Positions 49,128 to 58,244 of a DNA stretch of 64,000 bases are shown piece after piece. The position numbers and the translations under genes were made by a program. Every line of letters starts with the position of its first letter. Within the stretch, counting starts at the first letter, position 1. Under the pieces are notes generated by a model, which was not told the DNA's origin, made no database searches, and saw nothing but the letters and a program-made list of their open reading frames with translations. Source of the stretch: an uncultured Gammaproteobacteria bacterium (GTDB lineage Bacteria; Pseudomonadota; Gammaproteobacteria; SZUA-152); the NCBI GenBank assembly GCA_913009875.1, contig CAJVYS010000001.1, forward strand, positions 20,578 through 84,577. The letters run 5' to 3'.

Positions 49128-51149
49128 ATGTCCGACAACGACCTCTTCCTGCTGGCCATCAACCTGACCCGGCGTTGCAATCTGGCCTGTGACCACTGTT
49201 ATCTCGACGCCAACACCCTGCAAAATGGCAGCCCCGACGAACTGAGCCGCGAAGAGGTCTGCCACCTGCTCGATGACATCGCCGCGCGCGGCACCGATGT
49301 GATGGTCGTACTCACCGGCGGCGAACCGCTGATACGCCCCGATCTGGAGCTTCTCATCAACCATGGTAGTCGCCTCGGCCTGTCCATGGTGGTGGGTACC
49401 AATGGCGTCATGCTCACCGACAAACGTGTGCAATCGCTCAAGCTCGCCGGCGCCCTGGGCATGGGTATCAGTGTCGATTCACTCGATCCCCACCAACACG
49501 ATCAATTCCGCGGCCGCAGCGGCGCCTGGGAAAAAACCCTGGCCGGTATCGAGGCCTGCCGCCGTCACGACCTGCCCTTCCAGGTGCACTTCTCCGTCAC
49601 CGAGGCCAACGCCAACGAGGTGCCGGCGATGATCGACTTCGCCCGTGCCAGCGGCGCACGGGTGTTGAACATCTTCTTTCTGGTCTGCACCGGGCGCGGC
49701 GAATCCATGTCCGACATCAGCCCCATCACCTATGAGCGAGTATTGAATCAACTGGTGGCGGCGCAGAGCGAAAACCACGAGCTGATGATCCGCGCCCGTT
49801 GTGCGCCACACTTCAAGCGCATCGCCTATGAACAGGATCCCCAGTCCCCCCTCACCCGGGCCGAGGGCTACGAGGGCGGCGGCTGTCTGGCGGGCATTCA
49901 TTACTGCCGGATTACTCCCGAGGGCGATATCACCGCCTGCCCCTATATTCCCGACAGCGAGGGCAATATCCGCGAAACCCCCTTCTGGCAGACCTGGGAA
50001 GAGTCACCGACCTTCGCCTCGTTGCGTGATCCCTCGTTGAAGGACAAGTGCGGCCAGTGCGAATACCAGAAACTGTGCGGCGGCTGCCGCGCCCGGCCGC
50101 TGGCAATGGGTGGCAACCTCATGGACACCGACCCCTGGTGCAGCTACCTGCCGCAGGGCGGCAAGGTAATCCAACCATTAGTAGAGACCCCCTCGACCAT
50201 CACCTGGTCGCCGGAGGCCGAACAACGCCTGCAGCGCATCCCCTCCTTCCTGCGCAAGATGGTGAAGAAGCGCACCGAGGCCCATGTGCAGGAGTTGGGT
50301 GAACAGCAGGTCACCGTGGCGCACATGTCCACCCTGGCCGCCAAGCGTTTCGGCGATGCCGGACCGCTGGGCATGCCCGATCAGGCCGCCGCCAAATCCC
50401 CCTTCGACGAGGCTAGCAAGGAACTGCCCTGGAGTCAGGAGGCGCGTGAGCGTCTGGCCGGCATGCCGGCCTTTTTGGCCGAGGGCGTGCGCGCCGTGGC
50501 CGAGGACGTGGCCCGCGCCGAGGGTCGTCTGGAGGTCAACATCAAGCTGCTGGACCGGCTGGAGGCCGAGGACCGGCAGGTGCGCCGGTTCGACTGGTCC
50601 AGCGAGGCCGAGGCTGCAGTGGAGGAATGCTTGGCCGACAAGCCCCCCCAGGTGCGCATGTTTGTCGCCCCGGCGCTGGAGGCCGAGGCCGAGCAGATCA
50701 CCAAGAAACGTCGTGCGACCACGGTGGCAGCAGAGGACGTGCAGCAGGCCATGGCCGTCTTCACCGGTGGCGTGGAATGGTCCGATGAGGCCGCCAAACG
50801 GGTCGCCAGTGCCCCTGATTTTGTCCGTGCCGGTATCAAAAAGGCGGCTGAGTTCAACGCCCGCCGGGAAGGTTTGGATGTCATCGGATCCACCGACCTC
50901 ACACGATTCCGCAATCGCGCCATGATGCGCGCGGTGCAGCGCATGAAGGGCTTCGGCATGACCGAACTGAGCTTTGACGCCTTCGATATCGCCAAGGTCA
51001 AGGTGCCGCGCCTGAAGGAAAACCCGGAGGCGGTAAAGCGCTTCAGCAGCATCCGCGAGTTTGTCGATGCACGCGAACACCCCGGAGAACTGCTGGGGCA
51101 GGAGCTGCTGGCGGAGATGAAAGAAAAGTTGAAAGGTAATGTTAAATGA
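49128..51149 (+). CDS. Radical SAM/SPASM protein (AhbC/AhbD/NirJ-like) fused to four PCP_red-like modules
   Basis: CNLACDHC, LTGGEPL; SPASM C..G..YC.ITPEG...C...C..C.Y..LCGGCRAR...DPWC. Confidence 0.85.
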   Translation: MSDNDLFLLAINLTRRCNLACDHCYLDANTLQNGSPDELSREEVCHLLDDIAARGTDVMVVLTGGEPLIRPDLELLINHGSRLGLSMVVGTNGVMLTDKRVQSLKLAGALGMGISVDSLDPHQHDQFRGRSGAWEKTLAGIEACRRHDLPFQVHFSVTEANANEVPAMIDFARASGARVLNIFFLVCTGRGESMSDISPITYERVLNQLVAAQSENHELMIRARCAPHFKRIAYEQDPQSPLTRAEGYEGGGCLAGIHYCRITPEGDITACPYIPDSEGNIRETPFWQTWEESPTFASLRDPSLKDKCGQCEYQKLCGGCRARPLAMGGNLMDTDPWCSYLPQGGKVIQPLVETPSTITWSPEAEQRLQRIPSFLRKMVKKRTEAHVQELGEQQVTVAHMSTLAAKRFGDAGPLGMPDQAAAKSPFDEASKELPWSQEARERLAGMPAFLAEGVRAVAEDVARAEGRLEVNIKLLDRLEAEDRQVRRFDWSSEAEAAVEECLADKPPQVRMFVAPALEAEAEQITKKRRATTVAAEDVQQAMAVFTGGVEWSDEAAKRVASAPDFVRAGIKKAAEFNARREGLDVIGSTDLTRFRNRAMMRAVQRMKGFGMTELSFDAFDIAKVKVPRLKENPEAVKRFSSIREFVDAREHPGELLGQELLAEMKEKLKGNVK

Positions 51150-51157
51150 ATATGCCG

Positions 51158-51241
51158 GTAGGTTGGGGTGAGGTACGAACCCCAACAGCGGCAGTTTGCC
51201 AAAACCTCGATTGTTGGGGTTCGTACCTCACCCCAACCTAC
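51158..51241. repeat. REPIN, family C, inside the operon
   Basis: Perfect 30-bp inverted repeat between radical SAM gene and hemY. Confidence 0.9.
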
Positions 51242-51256
51242 AACTAGAAGTAAAAC

Positions 51257-52675
51257 ATGACCGACACAGACGTACTCATCATCGGCGGTGGAATCTCCGG
51301 CCTCGCCACGGCTTGGTGGCTGGCCCAGGCGGGTGTCTCTGTGCAGGTGTGGGAGGCCGACAAGCGCATCGGCGGCAAGATAAAGAGCCGCCAGCAGGAT
51401 GGCTACCTCACCGAGCAGGCCGCCTCGCTATTGATGAATTTTCGCCCGGAAGTCGCGCAACTGGTGCACGCAGCGGGGCTGGACGAGGTCAAGACCCGGC
51501 GCATCTCCCAGGCCCAGGCACGACGCTATCTCCTCCACCGTGGCCAACTACAGGCCTTGCCGATGCGAATCGGCGGCATGTTGACCTCGCCCCTGTGGAG
51601 TCTGCGCGGCAAATTACGCCTGATGCTGGAGCCCTTCATCCCCGCCGGTAGCCACGATGACGAATCCGTCAGCCAGTTCATCCGCCGGCGGCTGGGCAAT
51701 GAAATGCTGGAAAAGGCCATGGAACCCTTTGTCGCCGGCACCCTGTCGGCAGACCCGGATCTGGCCAGCGCCGGCGCCACTCTGCCCCGTCTGACCACAC
51801 TGGAACGCCACTTCGGCTCCATCACCGCCGGTGTGGTGGCGCATAAACTGCTGCGCCGCCGCACCGCTTGCAGCACCGATACCTTTTCCTTCCGCGGTGG
51901 CATGAGCACACTGGCCAATACCCTGGCATGCACACCCGGCCTGCAGATCCTCTCCAACCGTCGCGTGCAGGAAGTGGCGCCCTGCCGGAATGGCTGGCGT
52001 GTCACTGCGGCAACCCCGGACGGAGAACGCAGCCTCACCGCCACACACGTCATCATGGCCACACCGGCACCGGCGGCGGCAAACCTGCTGGCATCGGTGG
52101 ACAAAACCCTGGCATCGCTACTGGATGAAATCCGCTATGCGCCACTGGCGGTGTTACACATGGGGCTGGAACGCGCAGATATCGAACACCCACTGGACGG
52201 CACCGGCTTCCTCACGCCACGATGCGAGCAGCAACCCTTTTCCGGCAATCTGTGGATGAGCAGCCTGTTTGCGGATCGCGCCCCGCAAGACAAGGCCCTG
52301 CTCACCACCTACCTTGGCGGTGCCCGCCAACCCGAGGCCGCCGCCTGGAGTGACGCCCGCCTGGTCGACGAGAGCCTGCGTGCGCTGACACCGCTGCTGG
52401 GACTGAAGGGCAGTCCTGTGATGGTGCGCATCGATCGCCACGCCCAGGCCCTGCCCCTCTACCATGGTGCCCATATGGCGCGGGACCGGAGTATCAGCCA
52501 GCAACTGCGCGCCTTGCCCGGTCTGCATGTCGAAGCCAATTATCGGGGTGGTGTATCCGTACGTGATCGCATTGCCCGTGGCCGCTCATTGGCGCGCCAC
52601 ATCTGCACACAATTGCAGACAAATACGCGGGGCCTGTCAGCGGATACCCTGATTTCACTGCCCGCGAATCGTTAA
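51257..52675 (+). CDS. hemY: FAD-dependent protoporphyrinogen/coproporphyrinogen oxidase (HemY type)
   Basis: IIGGGISGL, EA..RIGG.I, RRRLG.E......PFVAG..S.DP, FRGGM..L, GTGFL.P, LPLYH. Confidence 0.85.
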   Translation: MTDTDVLIIGGGISGLATAWWLAQAGVSVQVWEADKRIGGKIKSRQQDGYLTEQAASLLMNFRPEVAQLVHAAGLDEVKTRRISQAQARRYLLHRGQLQALPMRIGGMLTSPLWSLRGKLRLMLEPFIPAGSHDDESVSQFIRRRLGNEMLEKAMEPFVAGTLSADPDLASAGATLPRLTTLERHFGSITAGVVAHKLLRRRTACSTDTFSFRGGMSTLANTLACTPGLQILSNRRVQEVAPCRNGWRVTAATPDGERSLTATHVIMATPAPAAANLLASVDKTLASLLDEIRYAPLAVLHMGLERADIEHPLDGTGFLTPRCEQQPFSGNLWMSSLFADRAPQDKALLTTYLGGARQPEAAAWSDARLVDESLRALTPLLGLKGSPVMVRIDRHAQALPLYHGAHMARDRSISQQLRALPGLHVEANYRGGVSVRDRIARGRSLARHICTQLQTNTRGLSADTLISLPANR

Positions 52676-52796
52676 TCGTCAAAACCGCCAGCAGGGTATT
52701 GCGGGCGTTGCGGATCTTGCCAATAGCCTCCACTATTGGCGGCAATGCCGGCTGGTACCGGCATCGATCAGAAACCCATTGATGGAGAACCGAAGC

Positions 52797-53132
52797 ATGG
52801 CCATACCGAAACAGGCCAACCTCCCGCAACCCGCCGCACCCTATCTTTTTCTGCGTGTTACCGGGGCGGTATTATTGATCATGCTGCTGATTTCGGTATG
52901 GGCTAGGTGGTACGGTCAGCAGGTCTCCCTGCCGCGTTACTGCGAGGATCCGCAGGGCACAGTGCAACACCTCGAAAAGGTATTGGTGGAAAAACGTCCT
53001 GCCGGCGATGAGGCGCGCCGCCCCTACATTATTGCCGCCAAGATACTCTTTCTTTTACCGCGTCATCCGGAAGAAGGACAGACGGCCTATCTCACTCGCA
53101 TCCGCACCCACATCCAGGATACCTGCCGGTGA
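52797..53132 (+). CDS. Small membrane-anchored hypothetical protein
   Basis: One TM, periplasmic part with two Cys; stop overlaps kinase start (GTGA). Confidence 0.6.
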   Translation: MAIPKQANLPQPAAPYLFLRVTGAVLLIMLLISVWARWYGQQVSLPRYCEDPQGTVQHLEKVLVEKRPAGDEARRPYIIAAKILFLLPRHPEEGQTAYLTRIRTHIQDTCR

Positions 53133-55723
53133 ACACGAGCATTCAGAGTCGTGATCGCCCCCCCGCCCTGAGCGGACGCTTTCTGCTGATCTTTCTACCC
53201 CTGAGCACCCTGCTGGTCGCCATCGGCGTCAGTCATTACTACGCCGAGATGCGGCTGGCACGGGTCAGTCTGGAAAGCAATGAAATACAAAACGTGGCAC
53301 TGGCACAAAAAGGAATTACCAGTGAGATGCGCGCCGTCATCTCCGACCTCACCTTCCTCGCCAAACTCAATGAACTCTGGGGCCTTTTGGATGACCCCAA
53401 CAATAACTCCGCGCGCCAGAACCTGTCGCAGGAATTTCTCTACTTCAGCGAGAAAAAAGGTATCTATGACCAGATCCGTTTTTTGTCGGCGGACGGCATG
53501 GAAATCATCCGCATTAATTACAACCAGGGTCAGCCGCACATCGTTGGGCAAGATCAATTACAAAACAAGGGTGATCGATATTACTTTAAAGAGGCCATGG
53601 CACAAGACATCGGTGGCGTCTATATGTCACCTTTCGACTTGAATGTCGAAGATGGGCAAGTTGAAAACCCCTTTCGGCCGGTGATTCGCTTCGCCACTCC
53701 TCTGTTCAATAGTCAGGGAGAAAAAAAAGGCGTGTTGATGTTCAACTTCCGTGGTGAACGACTGCTGCAGAGTTTTCATCTGGCCGCCCCCAATATCGAT
53801 GATCACCTCAACCTCATTGATACCAAAGGCTACTGGCTCAGCGGCCCCCGCCCGGAAGACGAATGGGGGTTCTTTATGGGACGAAAACGTTCATTTGCTG
53901 AAACCTTTCCCGCTGCCTGGCAACGGATATTGAACGAAAACAGTGGCGGCTTCGTCACGGAAGAAGGCTTGTTCACCTTTTCCACCATCTACCCCATGGT
54001 CTCGGTCATGGAATTTTATGCCAATGCCGGTATGGGGTCGATCTCCTCAATCTTCGATGGCTATCAGGACACCAACCCCCGTTTTTGGAAAACCGTTTCA
54101 CATGTTCCAACCTCAATTCTGAATACCGCTTCGCAAAACTTTTTTCGCCAAAATCTCTTGCTCTATTCACTGGCGGGTCTTTTTTTACTGGCAGGATCCT
54201 TTATCGTTGCCCAGGCAGGCATTCGCAAACAACTCGAAGAGGCGCAAAGAAGCTTTGAACGCCGCTACCGTGACACACTGAAAAACATGCAATTGTCGGC
54301 AGTCACCCTGGATGCGGAGGGTCTTATTACCTTCTGCAATGATTGCCTTCTTAAATTGACAGGTTGGCGGCGAGAAGAAGTTATCGGGAAAAACTGGTTT
54401 GATCTTTTTGTGACACCACAGGATCGGCAACAGGCACATACTTCCTTTGCGGAAATTATCAACGGCAATGCCTCGCCACACACGATTGAAAGCCATATTG
54501 CGACGAAGTCCGGCGAGACATTACTCTTTTCCTGGGCCTCCACTCTCTCTTTCAGCCGTCTTGGAAAAATATCCACACTGACCAGCATTGGCCAGGACAT
54601 TACCCTGCAGAACGAGCATGAAGAACGCCTGCGAAAATTGTCCCGAGCCGTCGAGCAAAGTCGAAACTCGGTGATGATTACCGACATCGACGGTCATATT
54701 GAATATGTCAATCCGCGCTTTAGCGAGGTGACGGGCTACAGCGCCGAAGAAGTGACTGGCAAGACACCGAGACTCTTCAAATCCGGAGAGACCAGCGACA
54801 CGGATTATGACCAACTCTGGAAAACCATCATCCAGGGCAATGAATGGCGTGGTGTGTTCCACAATCGCAAGAAAAACGGTGAGTTCTATTGGGAAGATAC
54901 CCTGATCTCCCCCATACGCAATGAACAGGGTGAAATCACCCATTTTCTCGCCATCAAGGAAGACATCACTGAGCATGTGCGGCTAAAAGAGGAGGTAGAA
55001 GAACGCAACCGGGAACTGGCAAAAAACCAGACACTGACAGCCATGGGACGAATGGCCACCATGATTGCTCATGATCTGCGCAACCCGCTTTCCTCCATCA
55101 AGATGACCTTGCAGATATGGGGAAAGCGTGCCGAGGGGGACTGGGGTGAAGAGGCTGCAGAGATGAAACAAATCTCACTGGATCAGGTACGCTACATGGA
55201 AACCATTCTCGCCGACCTGTTGACCTTTGCTCGCCCCGACGCCCTGAGTCCGGAGTGGCTGGATGTAAAAAAGCTGCTCACCAGTGCCATCAATACCACA
55301 CAAAAGGAGCTACAAGAACGCGGCGCCAGGATCACCGTGGACTACCAGCCACAGCTACCGACGGTACATGGCGATGCCACCAAATTACGGCAGGCATTCA
55401 GTAACCTGATCACAAACGCCCTGGACGCTACCGACGACGTAAACCACGTTCCGCAAATCCGCATCCGCGCCTTAATGGAGGTTAATGACGCGACACCGGC
55501 AATTCGCATTGATATCTGCGACAACGGTGGCGGTATCGAGCCGGGGCTGAATGGCAAGTTGTTTGAGCCATTCTTCACCACTCGCGCCAAGGGCACGGGT
55601 CTGGGCCTGCCCATTGTCAAGCGCATCCTCGACCAGCATCATAGCCAGATCAGCTTGCACGCAAACAAGAGTGGCGGCACCTGTGCCAGTGTCACCTTAC
55701 CGATAGGACCCATTGAGTCATGA
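53129..55723 (+). CDS. Sensor histidine kinase (periplasmic Cache-like, 2 PAS, HisKA, HATPase)
   Basis: Two TM, YDQIRFL..DG.E.IR, PAS repeats, AHDLRNPL, NLITNA, DNGGG, FFTTR.KGTGLGL. Confidence 0.93.
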   Translation: MNTSIQSRDRPPALSGRFLLIFLPLSTLLVAIGVSHYYAEMRLARVSLESNEIQNVALAQKGITSEMRAVISDLTFLAKLNELWGLLDDPNNNSARQNLSQEFLYFSEKKGIYDQIRFLSADGMEIIRINYNQGQPHIVGQDQLQNKGDRYYFKEAMAQDIGGVYMSPFDLNVEDGQVENPFRPVIRFATPLFNSQGEKKGVLMFNFRGERLLQSFHLAAPNIDDHLNLIDTKGYWLSGPRPEDEWGFFMGRKRSFAETFPAAWQRILNENSGGFVTEEGLFTFSTIYPMVSVMEFYANAGMGSISSIFDGYQDTNPRFWKTVSHVPTSILNTASQNFFRQNLLLYSLAGLFLLAGSFIVAQAGIRKQLEEAQRSFERRYRDTLKNMQLSAVTLDAEGLITFCNDCLLKLTGWRREEVIGKNWFDLFVTPQDRQQAHTSFAEIINGNASPHTIESHIATKSGETLLFSWASTLSFSRLGKISTLTSIGQDITLQNEHEERLRKLSRAVEQSRNSVMITDIDGHIEYVNPRFSEVTGYSAEEVTGKTPRLFKSGETSDTDYDQLWKTIIQGNEWRGVFHNRKKNGEFYWEDTLISPIRNEQGEITHFLAIKEDITEHVRLKEEVEERNRELAKNQTLTAMGRMATMIAHDLRNPLSSIKMTLQIWGKRAEGDWGEEAAEMKQISLDQVRYMETILADLLTFARPDALSPEWLDVKKLLTSAINTTQKELQERGARITVDYQPQLPTVHGDATKLRQAFSNLITNALDATDDVNHVPQIRIRALMEVNDATPAIRIDICDNGGGIEPGLNGKLFEPFFTTRAKGTGLGLPIVKRILDQHHSQISLHANKSGGTCASVTLPIGPIES

Positions 55724-57183
55724 ACACGGCGATGAAAGATTTGAGTTCCATAACGGGTACAGAAGACAGGATGTCCATGAGTAAAGGACATATATTAATC
55801 GTTGACGACGATGTCGCCAGCTGCAGAACGCTACAGCTGCATCTGCGCAGTGAAGGCTATGATGTCGACATGGCCCATAGTGTCGACGAAGGATTAGCCG
55901 CGGCTCATGTTCGGCGTCCCGACCTGCTTATTCTCGACATCCGCATGCCGGGCAAGTCCGGCCTGGAAGGACTGCCCGAATTCAAGCAAACCTTCTCCGC
56001 CCTCCACATCATCATGATTACCGCATTCCATGACATGGACAGTACGATCCAGGCCATGCAAAACGGTGCCGAAGACTATATCCACAAGCCCATCGATATC
56101 GATGAGCTGGACAGCACCATCTCTCAGATTCTGGCCCCCGAAGCTCAATCGACGGTGAAAGCAGATCACAATGAACCCATCACTGACGGCAACACCATGG
56201 TGGGTCGTTCACGTGCCATGAAAGAGGTGTTCAAAACCATTGGCCTGGTTGCGTCCAGCCCGGTAACGGTATTGATCACCGGCGAATCCGGCACCGGCAA
56301 GGAACTGGTGGCCCGGGCCACCCACCGTGCAGGACAGAGAGCCGGTGGTGCCTTTGTCGCCATTAATTGCGCAGCGCTGGTCGAAAACCTTCTGGAATCA
56401 GACATGTTCGGCCATGAAAAGGGATCCTTCACCGGTGCAGTGAGCCGTCAATCCGGTAAATTTGAGCAGGCCAACCACGGCAGCATCTTCCTCGACGAAA
56501 TTGGCGAGCTTTCCCTCACCATGCAGGCCAAATTATTACGCGTGCTGCAAGAAAAGGAATTTACCCCGATTGGCGCCAAGACCCCCCAGCGAACCAATGC
56601 CCGTGTTATTGCCGCTACCAATGTGAATCTGGCTGAGCGTGTACGCGAAGGAAGGTTTCGCGAAGACCTGTACTACCGCTTGCGGGTAGTGACCATTCAT
56701 CTGCCGCCACTGCGCGAGCGCCGCGAAGATATCGAAGATCTGGTGCAGACCCTGATTTCGCGCATCAACCAACAAATGCATGCCGGCGTTAAACAGATCT
56801 CCGCCGATGTTATGGAGTGCCTGAAAAAATACGACTGGCCAGGCAACGTTCGCGAATTGTCCAATACGCTGGAAAAGGCGATAGCCCTCTGCCCGGGCTC
56901 GGTCATCACCCGCAATCTGATATCAGATATTTGTAGTTGTGGTACACCCATGGCCGATAGCGACCATCGCCCGCTGACGGAATTAAGCCTGGAAGAAATT
57001 GAAGGTGCTCATGTAAAACGGGTGCTGGAGGCAACCCGCTGGCACAAGGGGCGCGCCTGCGACATCCTCGGCGTCTCCCGGCCACGCCTGCGACGCATGA
57101 TCAAACACTTCGGGCTGACACCACCTGACGGCACGGAAGAGGATGATGATCACGGAGATGAAAATGCGGTATCCCACGACTAG
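55720..57183 (+). CDS. Sigma54-dependent response regulator (REC-AAA-HTH)
   Basis: ILIVDDD, LDIRMPG, GESGTGKE, ESDMFGHEKGSFTGA, WPGNVREL, Fis-type HTH. Confidence 0.95.
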   Translation: MNTAMKDLSSITGTEDRMSMSKGHILIVDDDVASCRTLQLHLRSEGYDVDMAHSVDEGLAAAHVRRPDLLILDIRMPGKSGLEGLPEFKQTFSALHIIMITAFHDMDSTIQAMQNGAEDYIHKPIDIDELDSTISQILAPEAQSTVKADHNEPITDGNTMVGRSRAMKEVFKTIGLVASSPVTVLITGESGTGKELVARATHRAGQRAGGAFVAINCAALVENLLESDMFGHEKGSFTGAVSRQSGKFEQANHGSIFLDEIGELSLTMQAKLLRVLQEKEFTPIGAKTPQRTNARVIAATNVNLAERVREGRFREDLYYRLRVVTIHLPPLRERREDIEDLVQTLISRINQQMHAGVKQISADVMECLKKYDWPGNVRELSNTLEKAIALCPGSVITRNLISDICSCGTPMADSDHRPLTELSLEEIEGAHVKRVLEATRWHKGRACDILGVSRPRLRRMIKHFGLTPPDGTEEDDDHGDENAVSHD

Positions 57184-57254
57184 GAAAATTCGCTTCACCG
57201 CCACCCAGTGAGCACGCTCATTGCACTTATTGCTTGCAGCAAAGAAGGTAGACT

Positions 57255-58238
57255 ATGAAAACACAACTCGTCGACCCATTCGGTAGAAAAGTTGAATACC
57301 TGCGTTTATCCGTAACCGACAAATGCAATATCCGTTGCTTTTATTGTCTGCCAAAGGGATTCAATGACTTTGACTGCGCAAGCCAGCATCTCACCCAAGA
57401 CGAGATAGTCCGTGTCGTGGGCGCCTTTTCCGAATTGGGCGTTCGACGCATTCGCCTCACGGGAGGCGAGCCGCTGGTGAGAAAAGACTTGTGCAAATTG
57501 AGCGCACGCCTTTCCGGTCTACCGGGGGTAGAAGATTTATCGCTCAGCACCAATGCCAGCCTCCTGGCACAACACGCGACGGCCTTAAAAAAGTCTGGTG
57601 TGGCGCGCCTCAATGTCAGCCTTGACACCCTGCAGGCGGATCGCTTTCATGACATCAACGGTGGAAATCTGTCCGATACCCTGGATGGCCTCATGGCTGC
57701 AAAGGCCGCAGGCTTTGCCCCCATCAAGATCAACATGGTGGCCATGAAGGACATCAATGATGATGAGTTTGAAGACATGGTTGCATTTTGTCTTGAACAT
57801 GACTTCACCCTGCGCTTCATCGAAACCATGCCGGTAAGCAGCGCAGGCCGCAATGCCAGTAAACACTACCTCCCGCTACAGGAGATAGAGGACAGACTCA
57901 AGCGCAAGTTTAATCTGATTCCCGGCGTCATGCCCGGTGGAGGCCCGGCCCGTTACTTCCAGGTCAAGGGCACAAGGCTGCGCATCGGTTTCATCACCCC
58001 GATCTCCCAGCACTTCTGCGAAACCTGCAACCGAGTACGCCTGACGGCGACGGGTGCCCTCTATCTTTGCCTGGGTCACGAGCACAAGATCGAATTACGT
58101 CAACAGCTCAGGGATGGCATAAGTGACGAGATGTTAAAGCAATGTCTCATTGACGCACTGACGCTGAAGCCGGAACGCCATTACTTTGAGGAAAGCCCTA
58201 CCCAGGTCGTTCGCTTCATGGCCAAGATCGGTGGATAA
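57255..58238 (+). CDS. moaA: GTP 3',8-cyclase (molybdenum cofactor biosynthesis)
   Basis: LRLSVTDKCNIRCFYC, LTGGEP, RFIE.MP, FCETCNRVRLT..G.L..CL, M..IGG end. Confidence 0.95.
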   Translation: MKTQLVDPFGRKVEYLRLSVTDKCNIRCFYCLPKGFNDFDCASQHLTQDEIVRVVGAFSELGVRRIRLTGGEPLVRKDLCKLSARLSGLPGVEDLSLSTNASLLAQHATALKKSGVARLNVSLDTLQADRFHDINGGNLSDTLDGLMAAKAAGFAPIKINMVAMKDINDDEFEDMVAFCLEHDFTLRFIETMPVSSAGRNASKHYLPLQEIEDRLKRKFNLIPGVMPGGGPARYFQVKGTRLRIGFITPISQHFCETCNRVRLTATGALYLCLGHEHKIELRQQLRDGISDEMLKQCLIDALTLKPERHYFEESPTQVVRFMAKIGG

Positions 58239-58244
58239 TCGTCA

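Noticed and set aside
48140-51185. 346-aa and 335-aa minus-strand ORFs
   Set aside because: Antisense shadows of the USP and radical SAM genes
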